This document shows positions 13,344 to 25,752 of a DNA stretch of 64,000 bases, in pieces. The first letter of the stretch is position 1. Each line of letters begins with the position of its first letter. The notes under the pieces were generated by a model. That model was given only the letters and a program-made list of their open reading frames with translations, ran no database searches and was not told where the DNA came from. A program made the translations under genes and the position numbers. The DNA is from Octopus bimaculoides (taxonomy: Eukaryota). The DNA lies in assembly GCF_001194135.2 (NCBI RefSeq), contig NC_068981.1:153784528-153848527 (forward strand), written 5' to 3'.

Positions 13344-14353
13344 CTAGAGGGAGAGACAGACATAAAACAGTTCATGCAAGTAGGATTAACATTTTCAATA
13401 CATGGCAGAACACATCAATGTTATTACGATCGTGTAAAACAGTTATGTTACTGAGAAATGGAATGCACATTTTTTTTTATACATTTGGAGACAATAGATT
13501 TATTAGTTTACAGTATTGCTGAAATAATGGTTTAATCCAGCTATATTTAGTTTGTTGTAATCATCCTTCTATATAATCATAAAATAACAGAAATATATAA
13601 ATTTATTCAAATATATGGGTAGTTGTTTTAACCTATTTCCATAAGCTGACAACACACAAACTAGCTGATTAAATTGCCTCTTATCAGAAAGAGTATTAAG
13701 CAAATTACCCTATTAGCCTTCAACAAATCAACCTCTGTCTAGTAAAGAATTCATAAAAACAAATAAATAGGTTATGTATTATCCATTAAAGCCCAATCAG
13801 GCAAATCTTCATTTTTTTTTTTTTTTCTATCTTACTGTGACATCCTTCAAAAAAAAAATTGTACAACATGTGGTCTAGTCATACAAAAATGGAGGAAAAA
13901 AACTAATACACTTAATAATTCTATAAGAAATAATGTTACGCATAAGAAATCCAGTTAATTTGTATTAGTCAACATTAATGAGATCAACAACAGTAACAGT
14001 TGTGAAGCCTAATGAAAACAAGAATACTTACAATATCTTTTGATATAGATATCTTTCATTTAAGCCCATGCTATGAAGTAGTTGGTAATGGCATAAAATA
14101 TGCCAAAAGCACATGCCGTATGCAACAACAAAAGAGTGATATGCTTTTCTCTGCTGTTGTATGTACATAGAAAAAGGGTCGCACCACATGCAGCATGATG
14201 CTGCTATCCAACCCATACCAACAAGGAGGAGGAGGAGAGGGATATACCACTGCCTACTTGCAGAAACATCTTACATACTTCATTGAAAACCTAATTATAG
14301 AAAAAGAAAAAATTCATGTCTCTCCTAATTTACATCAGTGTGTGTAGGTGTTC

Positions 14354-14384
<31 letters not shown>

Positions 14385-14645
14385 TCACATACATACACAC
14401 ACACGTAAACATACATATACATATATATATATATATATATTCACATACATACANNNNNNNNNNNNNNNNNNNNNNNNNNNNNNNNNNNNNNNNNNNNNNN
14501 NNNNNNNNNNNNNNNNCACACATACAAAAACACAAAAATAACCATATATAAATTAATTCATAAACAAATATTCTTGGCCATACTTCAACAACTGAAGCCA
14601 GCAAAAGTATAACAATATATAAATAAATTTTATAATACATGTTCA

Positions 14646-14796
14646 TGGCGTTAGGAAGGGCATCCAGCTGTAGAAACTCTGCCAAATCAGACTGGAGCCT
14701 GGTGTTGCCATCCGGTTTCACCAGTCCTCAGTCAAATCGTCCAACCCATGCTAGCATGGAAAGCGGACGTTAAACGATGATGATGATGATGATGAT
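14646..14796 (+). mobile_element. Young RTE-3'-end-type repeat with (GAT)n tail
   Basis: Near-identical to the copies at 16148-16430 and 18434-18584. Confidence 0.9.
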
Positions 14797-15396
14797 GTTC
14801 AAAGGAATCCATCTACAATGCTTAGACTAAAAACTATCAGAGAAATTTTCCAGAAATTTGTTTCTAAAAAAAAACTCTTTATACACACAACTCTTCATAC
14901 ACAAATTCCAAGCTTTGCTCTAATTTTTATATTTGTTAAGTGAAATTCTTGAAAGATTACAAATCAATGTTGAAGCTGACTGAATTTATTAAAAATGTCA
15001 GTTTAAGGAATTAGATACAAATGAAAAGCAGTCATTAATTGGCAAAGAGCTCTCACAGTTTCAAGTTATTCATAGATTCACAGAAACCAGCAATTTAAAA
15101 ATATTTACCATTCTTTATTTACAATATAATTTCCATCCTAATAAATCAAATAATTCCTCAATACTACATGATTTTTACCTTCTAAACAGACTTCATATAA
15201 ATTTTCCAGCAATTTTATAGAGAAAAAGCAGCTTGTTGGTACAACATGTCAGTAAAACAAATATGATGCTGTACCAACTCCATTCAAGTTGCTGAAGAAG
15301 TAAAAATAACATAATCCAGTCAAACCAAAATGAAAATAAAGATAATTATTAGAATTGAAAACAAATGATTTGAATCGGCAAGTCAATTTAATAGTT

Positions 15397-15558
15397 CATG
15401 GCTGTGTGGTTAACAAGTTCACTTTGCAACCACGTGGTTACAAGTTCAGTCCCTCTGTGCAGCACCTTGGGCAAGTGTCTTCTACTATAACCCTAGGCTG
15501 ACCAATGCCTTGTGAGTGAATTTGATATACAGAAACTGTGATGAAGTTGTGTGTGCGT

Positions 15559-15597
<39 letters not shown>

Positions 15598-15778
15598 ACC
15601 TTCAGTGCTTGACAACTGGTGTTGGTTTGTTTGTCTCCCTGTAACAAGAGCAACTGACAGAATAAGCACCAGACGTTAAAAAAAAAGTACTAGGGTGGAT
15701 TTGTTTGACTAAACCCTTCAAGGTGGTGCCCCAGAAAGGTTGCAGTCCAATGACTGAAACAAGTAAAAGATAAAAAGA
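15397..15778 (+). mobile_element. tRNA-derived SINE (third family) with internal (GT)n
   Basis: Head ggctgtgtggttaacaagttcactttgcaaccacgtggttacaagttcagtccc has A/B-box-like motifs. The tail gtggtgccccag...gactgaaacaagtaaaaga is shared with 46557-46900; reverse fragments lie near 3740, 9622 and 30130. Confidence 0.8.
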
Positions 15779-16147
15779 TACGAAATGGAATATGGTGGTA
15801 CGCCATGAAGAGAAATAAATTCCAAAATATTATGCAGTGACTGTATATCACATTCCTTTGCAATAAAGGACCCTGTTCACAATATTCATAAAAGAGATGT
15901 GATACTGCAAAAGACATTTACAAAGACGATGAAAGCATTAAGACCAATTAATCCTATCAGCAACAGTTTCTCACCATAATCTATAACTATAACAAGATTT
16001 TCTAGATTATAATAAATCAAGATGCTAAGTTTTAACAATGGAAACATACACATATAAACATTACTTAAACATTCAAGACCAACTTATCAGGGAAAGTATT
16101 CCTGTGAGTGTGAGTGTATGGCACATGTAAAGACATTCTAGCAAAGT

Positions 16148-16430
16148 CGTTGCCAGTGCCGCTGGACTGGCTCTTGTGCAAGCAGCACGTAAAATACACC
16201 ATTTTGAGCGTGACCGTTGCCAGTACCGCCTGACTGGCCTTCGTACCAGTGGCCGTAAAAGTACCCACAACACTTTCGGAGTGGTTGGCGTTAGGAAGGG
16301 CATCCAGCTGTAGAAACTCTGCCAAATTAGATTGGAGCCTGGTGTAGCCATCTGGTTCACCAGTCCTCAGTCAAATCGTCCAACCCATGCTAGCATGGAA
16401 AGCAGACGATAAACGATGATGATGATGATG
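16148..16430 (+). mobile_element. RTE-3'-end-type repeat with internal gttgccagt...gtaaaa tandem units
   Basis: Family core, (GAT)n tail and two tandem subunits. Confidence 0.9.
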
Positions 16431-16872
16431 CACACATCACGTTGAAATTTCACCAACGTCAATTACTATTTAATCGTTTGGGATGTAAGTGGGGGGCATA
16501 AATAAAGCACTAGTAAGTACTGGGTTGTCTCTTCTCCCTCACGCACACTTTTTATCTAAAAGACATCAGCTTTGTTCAGACCTAGAATAAGATAGGGTCC
16601 ATCAGCTTTAAAATGTCCTGCACATACCCTATGTCATGATGATACCACTAAGAATCTGTCAGAATTTGACCCCCTCACCCCCACCTTCATTATAATATAA
16701 ACATTACCAGTAATAGAAAGAGGACATTAATAATGATGACAGTGATGTGTGCGTACATGAATATCTTGTGAACTTTCTTATGACAAAAAAACTTTTGTTA
16801 TACAGGGAAAGAATTTGTCTTATTCAACGAAGCCAATGCAGGAATGAAAAGTATACAAAATGATAATGATAT

Positions 16873-17095
16873 ATTGGGTTGCCAGATAAATTTGTTTTTA
16901 AGTCCAATGTTATTTGAATTAACATGTAAAAATTTTTCCATGCTTCAATTTCACAAGCCCTCTGCTTTCCAGAGAATCTGTTCAATTCAATGAGACTTAG
17001 TTGAACAAGTTCTTCCATGAGGACCTGTGCCAATCTGCCAGGAAACTGGCCTAAGAGATGGAATGCTTTTATGATGCCATTACCTGTCATCTTCA
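16873..17095 (-). mobile_element. Possible decayed mariner 3' end
   Basis: TA|ttgggttgcc terminus resembles the 9856 terminus; weak FHLLG and RGLVKL-like motifs. Confidence 0.35.
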
Positions 17096-17099
17096 TTTA

Positions 17100-17570
17100 A
17101 TGAGAAAGGTCCATGGGTGTCACACACACTGAATGTAAGAGAAACTCTAGCACTCCTCTAGCACTGCTAGTATACTATACTTGCTTCACACCAGGTTACT
17201 TGTAAACACAAACAGATTTCTTTACCGCATCATCACCAGCAATGGAAAAATGGTGTCTTTAAATCAATACAAAGCAGAGGAAAGGTTAGCCAAGTCCTGA
17301 CAAGAAAGTGACACTGCAAGCCCGGCCAGAATTACATCCATGCAAGACAATGATCTGGGAAGACCTAAACCATTGCAAAATGCTTCAAAACAACCACAGT
17401 CAGTGCAGAGCTTTACATTCAGCAAATGCACTGGCTCAACACAGTAATCCAGCTCTAACGACCCGACATACTTCAACATAATGCTCGCCCACTTATCGCT
17501 TATTTGACAAAAAATGCTATTTAAGAGTTCAGTTGGGAAGTTCTACCACACCCACTATATTGTCTCTCTC
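17100..17570 (+). mobile_element. Mariner transposase remnant
   Basis: Frame pieces GPWVSHTL, FLYRIITS..KWCL, QARPELHPCKTMIW, LYIQQMHWLN, QHNARP and SWEVLPHPLY correspond to the WVPH, TGDEKW, LHPKK, HDNARPH and PHPPYSPD motifs. Confidence 0.85.
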
Positions 17571-18321
17571 ACACACACCCACACATATAATTACTATTAT
17601 GAGGCTTCAATCAAAAGTTGCTTACACAGTAATTCTAACATTTTCTGATATAAAATGCATTTAATTTGATATTAAACTCAATGATACTTAAAAGAAAATT
17701 CAGAATTAAAATTATGCTTAAAACTAAAAATATTTATTAAAAAAAACATACATTTATAACAAAACGTGTTTTTAAATCAATTCTTTAATGAATTCACTCC
17801 ATAGTCTTATAAATTTTATACAAGTTATTGTTTCTCTTGACTTTTATATATTTATTTCTGTCATAAATAAACAAATATTTTTTAATCTTATACATAAAAC
17901 TGTAATATATATGAATTATATATATAAAATACTATTGTATATAAAGAAATATAGAAATACTATTATATATATATAAAAAATACTATTATATATATATATA
18001 TACATATATATATAACAAAGTTGAGGAGGGTATTGGATTTAACCAAACCCTAGAGGATACAGGTAATACTGAGTAAGTGCTGTATACCGACTAGTTTTGA
18101 CCCAGTTGTTGCATGAACAGGATTGGGGATTATAAGTCGTGTATTAGTGTGTGCATATATAAATATATAAAAAGATAAAGACAGTAATGGAATGCTGGAA
18201 TGAAACTACACTCCAAGTACTGTTCTCTCTTTCTTTCTTTTTTCAGCGCATCACACTCACTATCACTTCATACTAAAACTCTCCGCCTATGGATATAATA
18301 ATCGATTCCTTTACTATTTCT

Positions 18322-18370
18322 GTCTCCGATGAAGGGAAGTACTGGATCTTCCCAGAAACAGCTGTAAGAC
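18322..18370 (+). ncRNA. Minimal type I hammerhead-ribozyme-like motif (degenerate), probable Penelope-like remnant
   Basis: gtct-CCGATGA-a-gggaag(tactggat)cttccc-a-GAAA-c-agct-GTA-agac. Stem I is 4 bp, stem II 6 bp, and the stem III loop is palindromic. Deviations: U4>C and an A/A pair at 10.1/11.1. Confidence 0.6.
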
Positions 18371-18433
18371 TATCCATAAAATATATTTCCAACCTTACCA
18401 TTGCTCTCTTTATCTTTTTATATATTTATATAT

Positions 18434-18584
18434 AGTGGTTGGCATTAGGAAGGGCATCCAGCTGTAGAAACTCTGCCAAATTTAGATTGGAGCCTGGTGT
18501 TGCCATCCGGTTTCACCAGTCCTCAGTCAAATCGTCCAACCCATGCTAGCATGGAAAGCGGAGGTTAAACGACGACGACGACGA
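18434..18584 (+). mobile_element. Young RTE-3'-end-type repeat with (GAC)n tail, in a TA-rich site
   Basis: Family core; tail is acgacgacgacgacgat. Confidence 0.9.
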
Positions 18585-18585
18585 T

Positions 18586-18625
<40 letters not shown>

Positions 18626-18672
18626 GTTATTATATATAAAAGATATATATAAAAATGCTATTAAATATAAAG

Positions 18673-18705
<33 letters not shown>

Positions 18706-19105
18706 TATGTATATATACTAAATACTATAAAAATATTTTAAGTAACAAAGAGCAAAATGAAAATATTGTTCACAAAAGTTAAGAAATAAAACCAGACAAT
18801 TACTATGGTTGACAGCCACTTAAATACTGTGAGAAAAAAGAACAGAAATAGTAACAAAATACAGCAAAGCCGAAGGTGGAGTCAGCCTGGCCAAATGTAA
18901 AAGCACATGTATCTACATGTGTTCTCCAAGGACTATTATTATACTCGAGTTGAATAACTACAATGCATAAAAGTGAAATAAAACCTACCATGAAACTTTT
19001 TTTTTTTTTTTTAACTTTCAATAAGACACCATAACTACAAAAACGTTTTCAAAGTATATTTGATCAGTCAGTTAAAAAAAAAAAATGAATATCAATGCAA
19101 AGATA

Positions 19106-19330
19106 TTTAGCATTTAAACCAGCCGTATCAGACCCAAATATTCTACCTGTTCTAGATATGAACTGGCCAGATCCAGCCTATCACCCCTACCCAACAATGT
19201 CATTTTAGAAATATACAATCACATTGTTGAACCCTTAAAGCTGCAAGATAGTGCATGATTAATTCAAAGCAATGTGAATAAATAAATAAGCATTACATTT
19301 GACAGAATAATCTGAATGTTAAAAGGCTAA
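19106..19330. mobile_element. piggyBac-like MITE copy
   Basis: Same body as 45627-45854; ends partly eroded. Confidence 0.8.
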
Positions 19331-21276
19331 TTTACTATTTTCTTAGTTTGTATTTGAAGCACTCTCTCTCTCCCTCTCGCTCACTAAGGATATAAACGGA
19401 ATATTAGCAAGTGGGATTAGGCTGGCTGTAAGTTAGGTCTGCATCACATTTCATAATAGCCACTGAAATTACACTACATAAGCATGTGCCATCTCTTACA
19501 TGATCACTTGACATGCTAGAAATAGCAACCAAATATCCCTAAAAATCACACCCAACCACCTATTGGAAGATGAGGATACATTATATATAAGAATGGAAGG
19601 GATGTTCACAACTAGAACACTTTTGATCAGCAGTCAGCATCATCATAGTTGACCAAAGCCGAAACAAGAACAAAAACATAAGCAAAATGAAACATTAAGA
19701 TAGAGTTAAATAATACCCTCAAACACCAATGAATCTTCACAAATACTCAATTATAGATATCTTATGGTGTGGCTAAGAAGTGTGCTTTGCAACTCCATGG
19801 TTTGGGGTTCAAACTCACTGCATAGAAGTAGAATCTTGGGCAAATGTCTTCTGCCAAAACCTTTGGCTGACCAATAACTTGTGAAATCTGGTAGGTGGAA
19901 ACTGTGAAGAAATCAGAGGCAGTTCTTTATTTTGGGAGGTAGTCTTAATCCATCACTTAGTTAAACACTGCCATCTTGAGTACTTCTAGTAAATCCATTT
20001 TAAGGGAAGCATTCAGGCCAAGACCCTGGTCTGAGCATAACATCCTCTTGCCAATCATACGTGCCCCAAAATGGGTCATAGCAGGATAGGCAGTAGCCAA
20101 GCCATGAAAATAAGTCCACATTATTTGTGAATCAAAACACGCAGAATATACCCATGATATGCATACTTTTATTTGGAAATAATCAAATTTATTCAAATAT
20201 CAACATAGAAAAAACGAAATCCAGAACAGATATTTCTTTATGTGTGGGCAGGGACAATACACAAGTCTTTGAGCTTAAGTTCACTAAACAATGACACCAA
20301 TCCTACAAAGACAAGCATCTTAAAATAATCACATCTATTTATAAAGCTACTAAATACAATAGATAAGCACTGGTTTTAAGAACACATAGCCTCATCATTA
20401 TTATTTAACATCTGTTTTCCATGCTGGCATGGGTTGGATGGTTTGTCAGGAGCTGGCCAGCCAGAGGGCTGCATGCATCAAGCTCCAGTCATCTGTTTTG
20501 GCAAGTGAAATGGAGTGGTTTGCTTAAGAACATATCCCATCACCCAGACCAGGAACCGAAACCATAATCTTATGATCGTGCATCTAACACACTAACCACT
20601 AAGCCAAATGTGCCTCCATGAAGTTAATATATAGATGACTATATTCAGATTTATTCATGCAATGTTTCTTGGTTGTTTTTGCATTTCATTCTATTGAAAG
20701 CTATTATGGAGAGGTGGGAAGGGTTACTTCAGCACAGATATGTGCAAAATTTGTCTTTGAAGTGTTCATGCCATCACTTCAGTTAACTTGACATTGTATA
20801 GTCTGCAGTGTTAACCGAAACTAAAACCAAAAAGAACAAATGACAATTGAGAATACATTTTTATTATTTTCTCTTTTTTTTTTTGTTAGATGTAAATGAC
20901 CTGTAAAAAAACCAGTGTCAAAACACAAGCAACATCAATAACATAAATATGATTGAACCAATACTAAGTTAATGCATTAATAATTCATAACATTAATGAT
21001 CAGAATAATATTAACCAAAACTGTTTCAGTGTTACAAATGAATGAATAGACATGCTCAATTATTTTTACTTTTATAAGTTCAATAATTCCTTAACAGATC
21101 AATTGATATTAAAGTTAAGATATTTGTATAGATTTCATAACTATTTCAAAGAGACATTGTGCATATTTTAAGCTTCAAGCAATCTGCAATCAATAATACA
21201 TTTGACATTTGAAAGAACATGCAACTGTAGAATCTTTCACTTCAGTTTTACTTCAAGTGTATTTATTACAACATAC

Positions 21277-21521
21277 CCCATTAGCAGTCTGAGCTATGTT
21301 AGCAGCTCAGACTCCTAATTTAAAGTACCATCCAGAAGCAGATGCTGATGGTAATTAACCATTGTTGATGCTTAATAACGCTCCACAATGAGTATCTAGT
21401 TTCTTTCGATCCTACATCTGCAAATTTTCAGACCCATATAGTTTAAAAACACTTCTTGAATAGATCGGTGGGTCTACCATATATGCATGTAATATTTGTA
21501 ACAAACAATATAGTTTGAATC
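21277..21521 (-). other. Candidate 245-nt exon with stops in all frames (UTR or poison exon)
   Basis: Acceptor tttggtgatattttag| with a long pyrimidine tract upstream; donor ggg|gtatgt; lies in repeat-free sequence. Confidence 0.4.
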
Positions 21522-23819
21522 CTAAAATATCACCAAACATTATAGCAGACTTTATCACTTGATGGGAAGTGGAAAATAAGAAGAGCAAAGAAGAGGTTAG
21601 GACACTTCTATAACATCCAATATTTCAGAGGCTAATACAATAATTTGTTTATCAAAATAGTATGAACATTACAAAATAACAAGAAAGTCAAATGAGATAA
21701 GTGATCAATAGATCAATAAAACCAAACTAAAGCATGAAAAATTCTATCAGCAAAACGACTTTAAAGTATCGACAGAATATTAAATTTAAATACAAGTTGG
21801 AATGGCATTCACTCCAGTGATCATTACCACAGCCTGGTGACATTATATTGAATATCAATAAATCCTATACTTTTGAGAGGTCATAAATGAAATATATTCT
21901 AAGAAAACATCCAACTTCAAAAACCAATTATGCTTTCTCCATGTGTAAATTTCAGAATTAGATGACCTTAAGTTTTATCCATTTACCATTTGTGAAACTT
22001 CAGGAAAAAAAAAGAAAACATTTTTATTATTTATAATAATTATTTCTAATTTAATTGGAATTAGATACACTACTGGAAACTCCAGCATAAAATATATTCA
22101 ACTAACCCTTTTTCACATTACCAATGGTTGTCTCAATATATATTGATTTGCACACGTACACACACAAATTGGTAGAATCACAAAATTAAATAGGTTCACA
22201 GTATTTTCATAGGTTCAAATCTCACTAACTTTGCCCCTTCCAACAACAGAACTATTTTAAATGTATTTAAAACACTCACACGTTCACGTTTGGCTAAAAG
22301 AGAGAAACAACAGTATTAATGATATGCAAACGGTAAATAAGACTTATGAATTATACCAGCCCTCTCCTGTGCCCCTAATCTCTCTCTAATAGAGATTAGG
22401 GCAGTAAGAGGTCGTTGAGTCTGCTAGAAATAGAAGTCAAATCTTCCACAAAGTACACTCAACCGTCTTAAAATAAAAAGAGAGTCACACTGAACAAATG
22501 TAGTTCTAGATATACAAAAGACGGGATGTTGACGGCTGGAACGTGCTTTATCATAGGTCTACCTGATCAGGGCTGATGCGGAACACAAAACAAGAGTACT
22601 GATAACATACTAAGCTGAAACAAAATACAACTTAAATAATTCTTGAAATATTATCAACTCAGTTGAGCAGAACCGCAGCTTTAATGAACATGAGGTATTT
22701 TAGAGGTTAGGGTATTGAAACCTTGGCTATAAATTTCAGTTTGAGAAAAACAAATGAATAAGGGGGGGGGGCTATAGATGTGCATGTGAGTGTGTTAGAA
22801 CAAACAGGATAAATCGAACCCAATACATGATCATACTCTATCGAGAGAAGGTTACGAAAGTGGTTCAAGAGCCAAAGGTTTCGTACGCAGCACCTATGTG
22901 CGCGCGTGAAAAAATTACATCAGTTTAGTAAATTTGAAAATGTTCATTTAATTTTACGATTTCAAAAAGTGAAACCGAACAGAAAACATCCCAAACAATT
23001 TAGGTCTTGAGCGCTCTGCGAAATATTTGGCCAAAATAATAAAATATTTCTTTTAAAAAATATCAATGTGCATTGCTAAATGAATAAAAAGAGATAGACG
23101 AATTTACAGATTAAAATATTTTGCAGGTCAAAGTGATTCAGCAAAAATACAGTAAGAGTCGAAACGTCATGTCTAAATATTTAAGAGGCACACTATTCAG
23201 GAAACATTTTCTGATTGCCAGTAGTAAATGTTATAAACTATCCCATTTGAGATAGAACGAAAGTACATCATTTTGAAAGAAATATGCTAAGAGGATTTGA
23301 AGTATTTTATTCTTTCAGAAGTCCGTGTTACACTCCTTGAAACTAAAGAGGGCTTGTCGTTGTCGTTGTCATTGTAGAGAGAGAGAGAGAGATAATAAAA
23401 TGCTTCTATCCCACTCAATTAACTTGAGGAATTACAAAGATTAAAAACCGGCGAGTGAGCTTATATACATACATTACACACACAAAATAAGCCAGATACA
23501 AATTAATATCTAGTTCTAAACAGACTGATGGATGGGCTGTATGTCAGACAAACAATGTTCGCGGACACGCGTTTCTGTGTCTGTCTGAGAGAGAGGGGGG
23601 GGGGAGCGTCCCAGTCCCTTTTCGCAGATTATTACAGACGTCGTTTCTACTTGAATGCATTACATTCGTCATTTACGGAGGTAAACTAAAGTGGGAGGGG
23701 GAGGAGACGATCACTAATGACTAAAAACGTTAACTGCGAAAAATTAAATTCGGGACCAAGATGATGCAAAAAAAAAAAAAAAACTAACATTATATAAGAA
23801 ATTTTAAAATGATATTTAC

Positions 23820-24033
23820 CTGGGGTGCATTAGATATAACTCGAGGCGTTTTGCGTTTCGAACCACAAATGAAAAAATCCATAAATACAGTCTTCATGTT
23901 GGATATCAAAAGTTCTGTGGGCCTAGTGTAAAATAAAGGTACTCTCGATACTAAATTTGAACCAATAGCTTTAATATTGGTAAGGCGTAGTGTCTTGATA
24001 AAGTCCAGCACTCTCCGGTGAATTACAAAAGTT
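23820..24033 (-). other. Candidate exon (214 nt) fully open in one frame; possible N-terminal coding exon of an unidentified gene
   Basis: Donor cag|gtaaat. The 71-codon frame ends ...SNMKTVFMDFFICGSKRKTPRVISNAPQ in phase 0, with an in-frame stop just upstream of a weak acceptor. No homologue recognised. Confidence 0.45.
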
Positions 24034-24158
24034 CTGATTTACATAGGTTGTATAAGTAAATTTATCTCTATTTAACGAAACAACAGCAGCAGCAACCTGG
24101 GACTTGTGGTGGGTGACTGGTGTTTGGTTAGTCAAGACAGCGAGTTTCCTTTATTTAC

Positions 24159-24215
24159 CTTGCACATTTACATATAAAAGTGTAACACTTCAATGAGACA
24201 CCCCCATCTTAACAC
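24159..24215 (-). other. Candidate 57-nt leader exon
   Basis: Acceptor ttggttttgttggcag| and donor aag|gtaaat; contains the tiny uORF MGVSH* and an ATG-TAA. Confidence 0.35.
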
Positions 24216-25364
24216 CTGCCAACAAAACCAACCAACGTCTGTGTTAAGCCGTTAGGTAATTTGAAATAACAAAAGACATACGTATAAAAAGAAGACAAAC
24301 AAAAAATAGATCAAGAAGAAAACGGTGTTTCCCCTTCAAATTTATATGTAAAATATTTCCAGATAAAAAAATAAGCAGGGATTGGTCGGTGATTTGTACG
24401 ACCTACATTTAGTTGAAAGTAAAATAGTAGGCGGGGTGGATTATTTTATCTCTCTTACTCACTCATTGACACAGATACGACTAGAAGAGGTGTCAAGATT
24501 TATTAGCAAACCTGAAGTCTATATGTTTATATGACATCAGTGAGGGATATCCTGACTTTGAAAGAACTAACCAGTTAGGCTTTGAAAAGTTACGACTGCT
24601 GCAAAAGACAGGCGAAAAAAGTCAATCAATAAAGCTGTGGACCAAGAGTTGTAAGAAAAGCGGGAAAATTCAACTAAGAAATTAAATGTAATGACTGAAT
24701 TCCAGTAATAAATAAAAAAAATAATAACGAACAGGTTCTTTGTCATTCACACTTCACAAAATCCTATTGTACTTAATAATCCTCCCATTGACAATTATGC
24801 TCGGAGGAAAGACACTCAGGTAAATTATTTATATTAAATAGGAGGGAAACAAAAACAAAAGACTGTTCAAAAAATATTTTTAAAAAACAAAGCATACAAT
24901 TTAAGATTTTAAAAAAAAACGAAGAAATTATGGAGTAGATACATTTAAATTGTAGTACGTCTGTACTTTCGCTTCAAAGTAAATAATGTCACAATATCCC
25001 AAAACAGACACTGAGCCAACGCAAGACACAAAGCAGTCGTTCAACTTTGTAGAAATAGCAACCAAATTTCCCTCAAATCACATCCTACTAACTTACCTCT
25101 ACATGGTCCTTCGAGCTGTTAGAAATAGCAGCCAAACTTCACTCAACTCATGTCCCCCAGTCTTGAATTTTTTTTAATGAATTACATAATTTTATTCCTA
25201 CATACTCATGAAATGCTGAAATAACTATGGCTGGTCACAGCTCAAGATTGACCTACAGTTTACTAACTGTCAAAAGGCAGTGAAGCATTCTTCAAAAACA
25301 GATTTAAGTTTTAATCATGCTGGGGTTACCTTTGCTTTTTAAATTCAATATAGTGAAGTAGGTG

Positions 25365-25752
25365 TGGAGGCGCAATAGCCCAGTGGTTAGGGCAGCAGAC
25401 TCGCGGCCATAGGATCGCGGTTTCGATTCTCAGACCAGGCGTTAAGAGTGTTTATTGAGCGAAAACACCTAAAAGCTCCACGAGGCTCCGGCAGGGGATG
25501 GTGGTGAATCCTGCTATACTCTTTCACCACAACTTTCTCTCACTCTTTCTTCCTGTTTCTGTTGTACCTGTATTTCAAAGGGTCAGCCTTGGCACACTGT
25601 GTCACGCTGAATATCCCCGAGAACTACGTTAAGGGTACATGTGTCTGTGGAGTGCTCAGCCACTTGCACGTTAATTTCACGAGCAGGCTGTTCCGTTGAT
25701 CGGATCAACTGGAACTTTCGACGTCATAAGCAACGGAGTGCCAAAAACAACA
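25365..25752 (+). mobile_element. Full-length tRNA-derived SINE with 13-bp TSD
   Basis: tRNA-like head (tggaggcgcaatagcccagtggttaggg...ggtttcgattctc) and CAA-type tail; TSD agtgaagtaggtg at 25352-25364 and 25753-25765. Confidence 0.95.

Larger units (their letters stand above)
22800..24700. promoter_or_regulatory. CpG-enriched, repeat-poor region; putative promoter or alternative 5' end
   Basis: CpGs are visibly more frequent than in the flanks (not counted). ATTGG (reverse CCAAT) at 24381-24385 and GC-box-like ggcggggtgg at 24430-24439, upstream of minus-strand donors. Confidence 0.45.

Noticed and set aside
13044-13454. 136-aa + strand ORF
   Set aside because: It has a non-ATG start, no recognisable motif and no supporting + strand splice structure.
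14700-14735. CTGAGGA...GAAA on the minus strand of the RTE 3' repeat
   Set aside because: No stem II pairing, GAAA is absent in another copy, and the motif is antisense to the element.
17295-17300. TCC TGA, resembling the antizyme +1 frameshift site
   Set aside because: It lies within a decayed mariner transposase, and neither frame resembles antizyme.
25365-25440. tRNA gene calls at SINE heads (also 30750, 15397, 46557)
   Set aside because: The A/B-box heads continue into SINE bodies with tails, two with clear TSDs, and no complete cloverleaf is evident.
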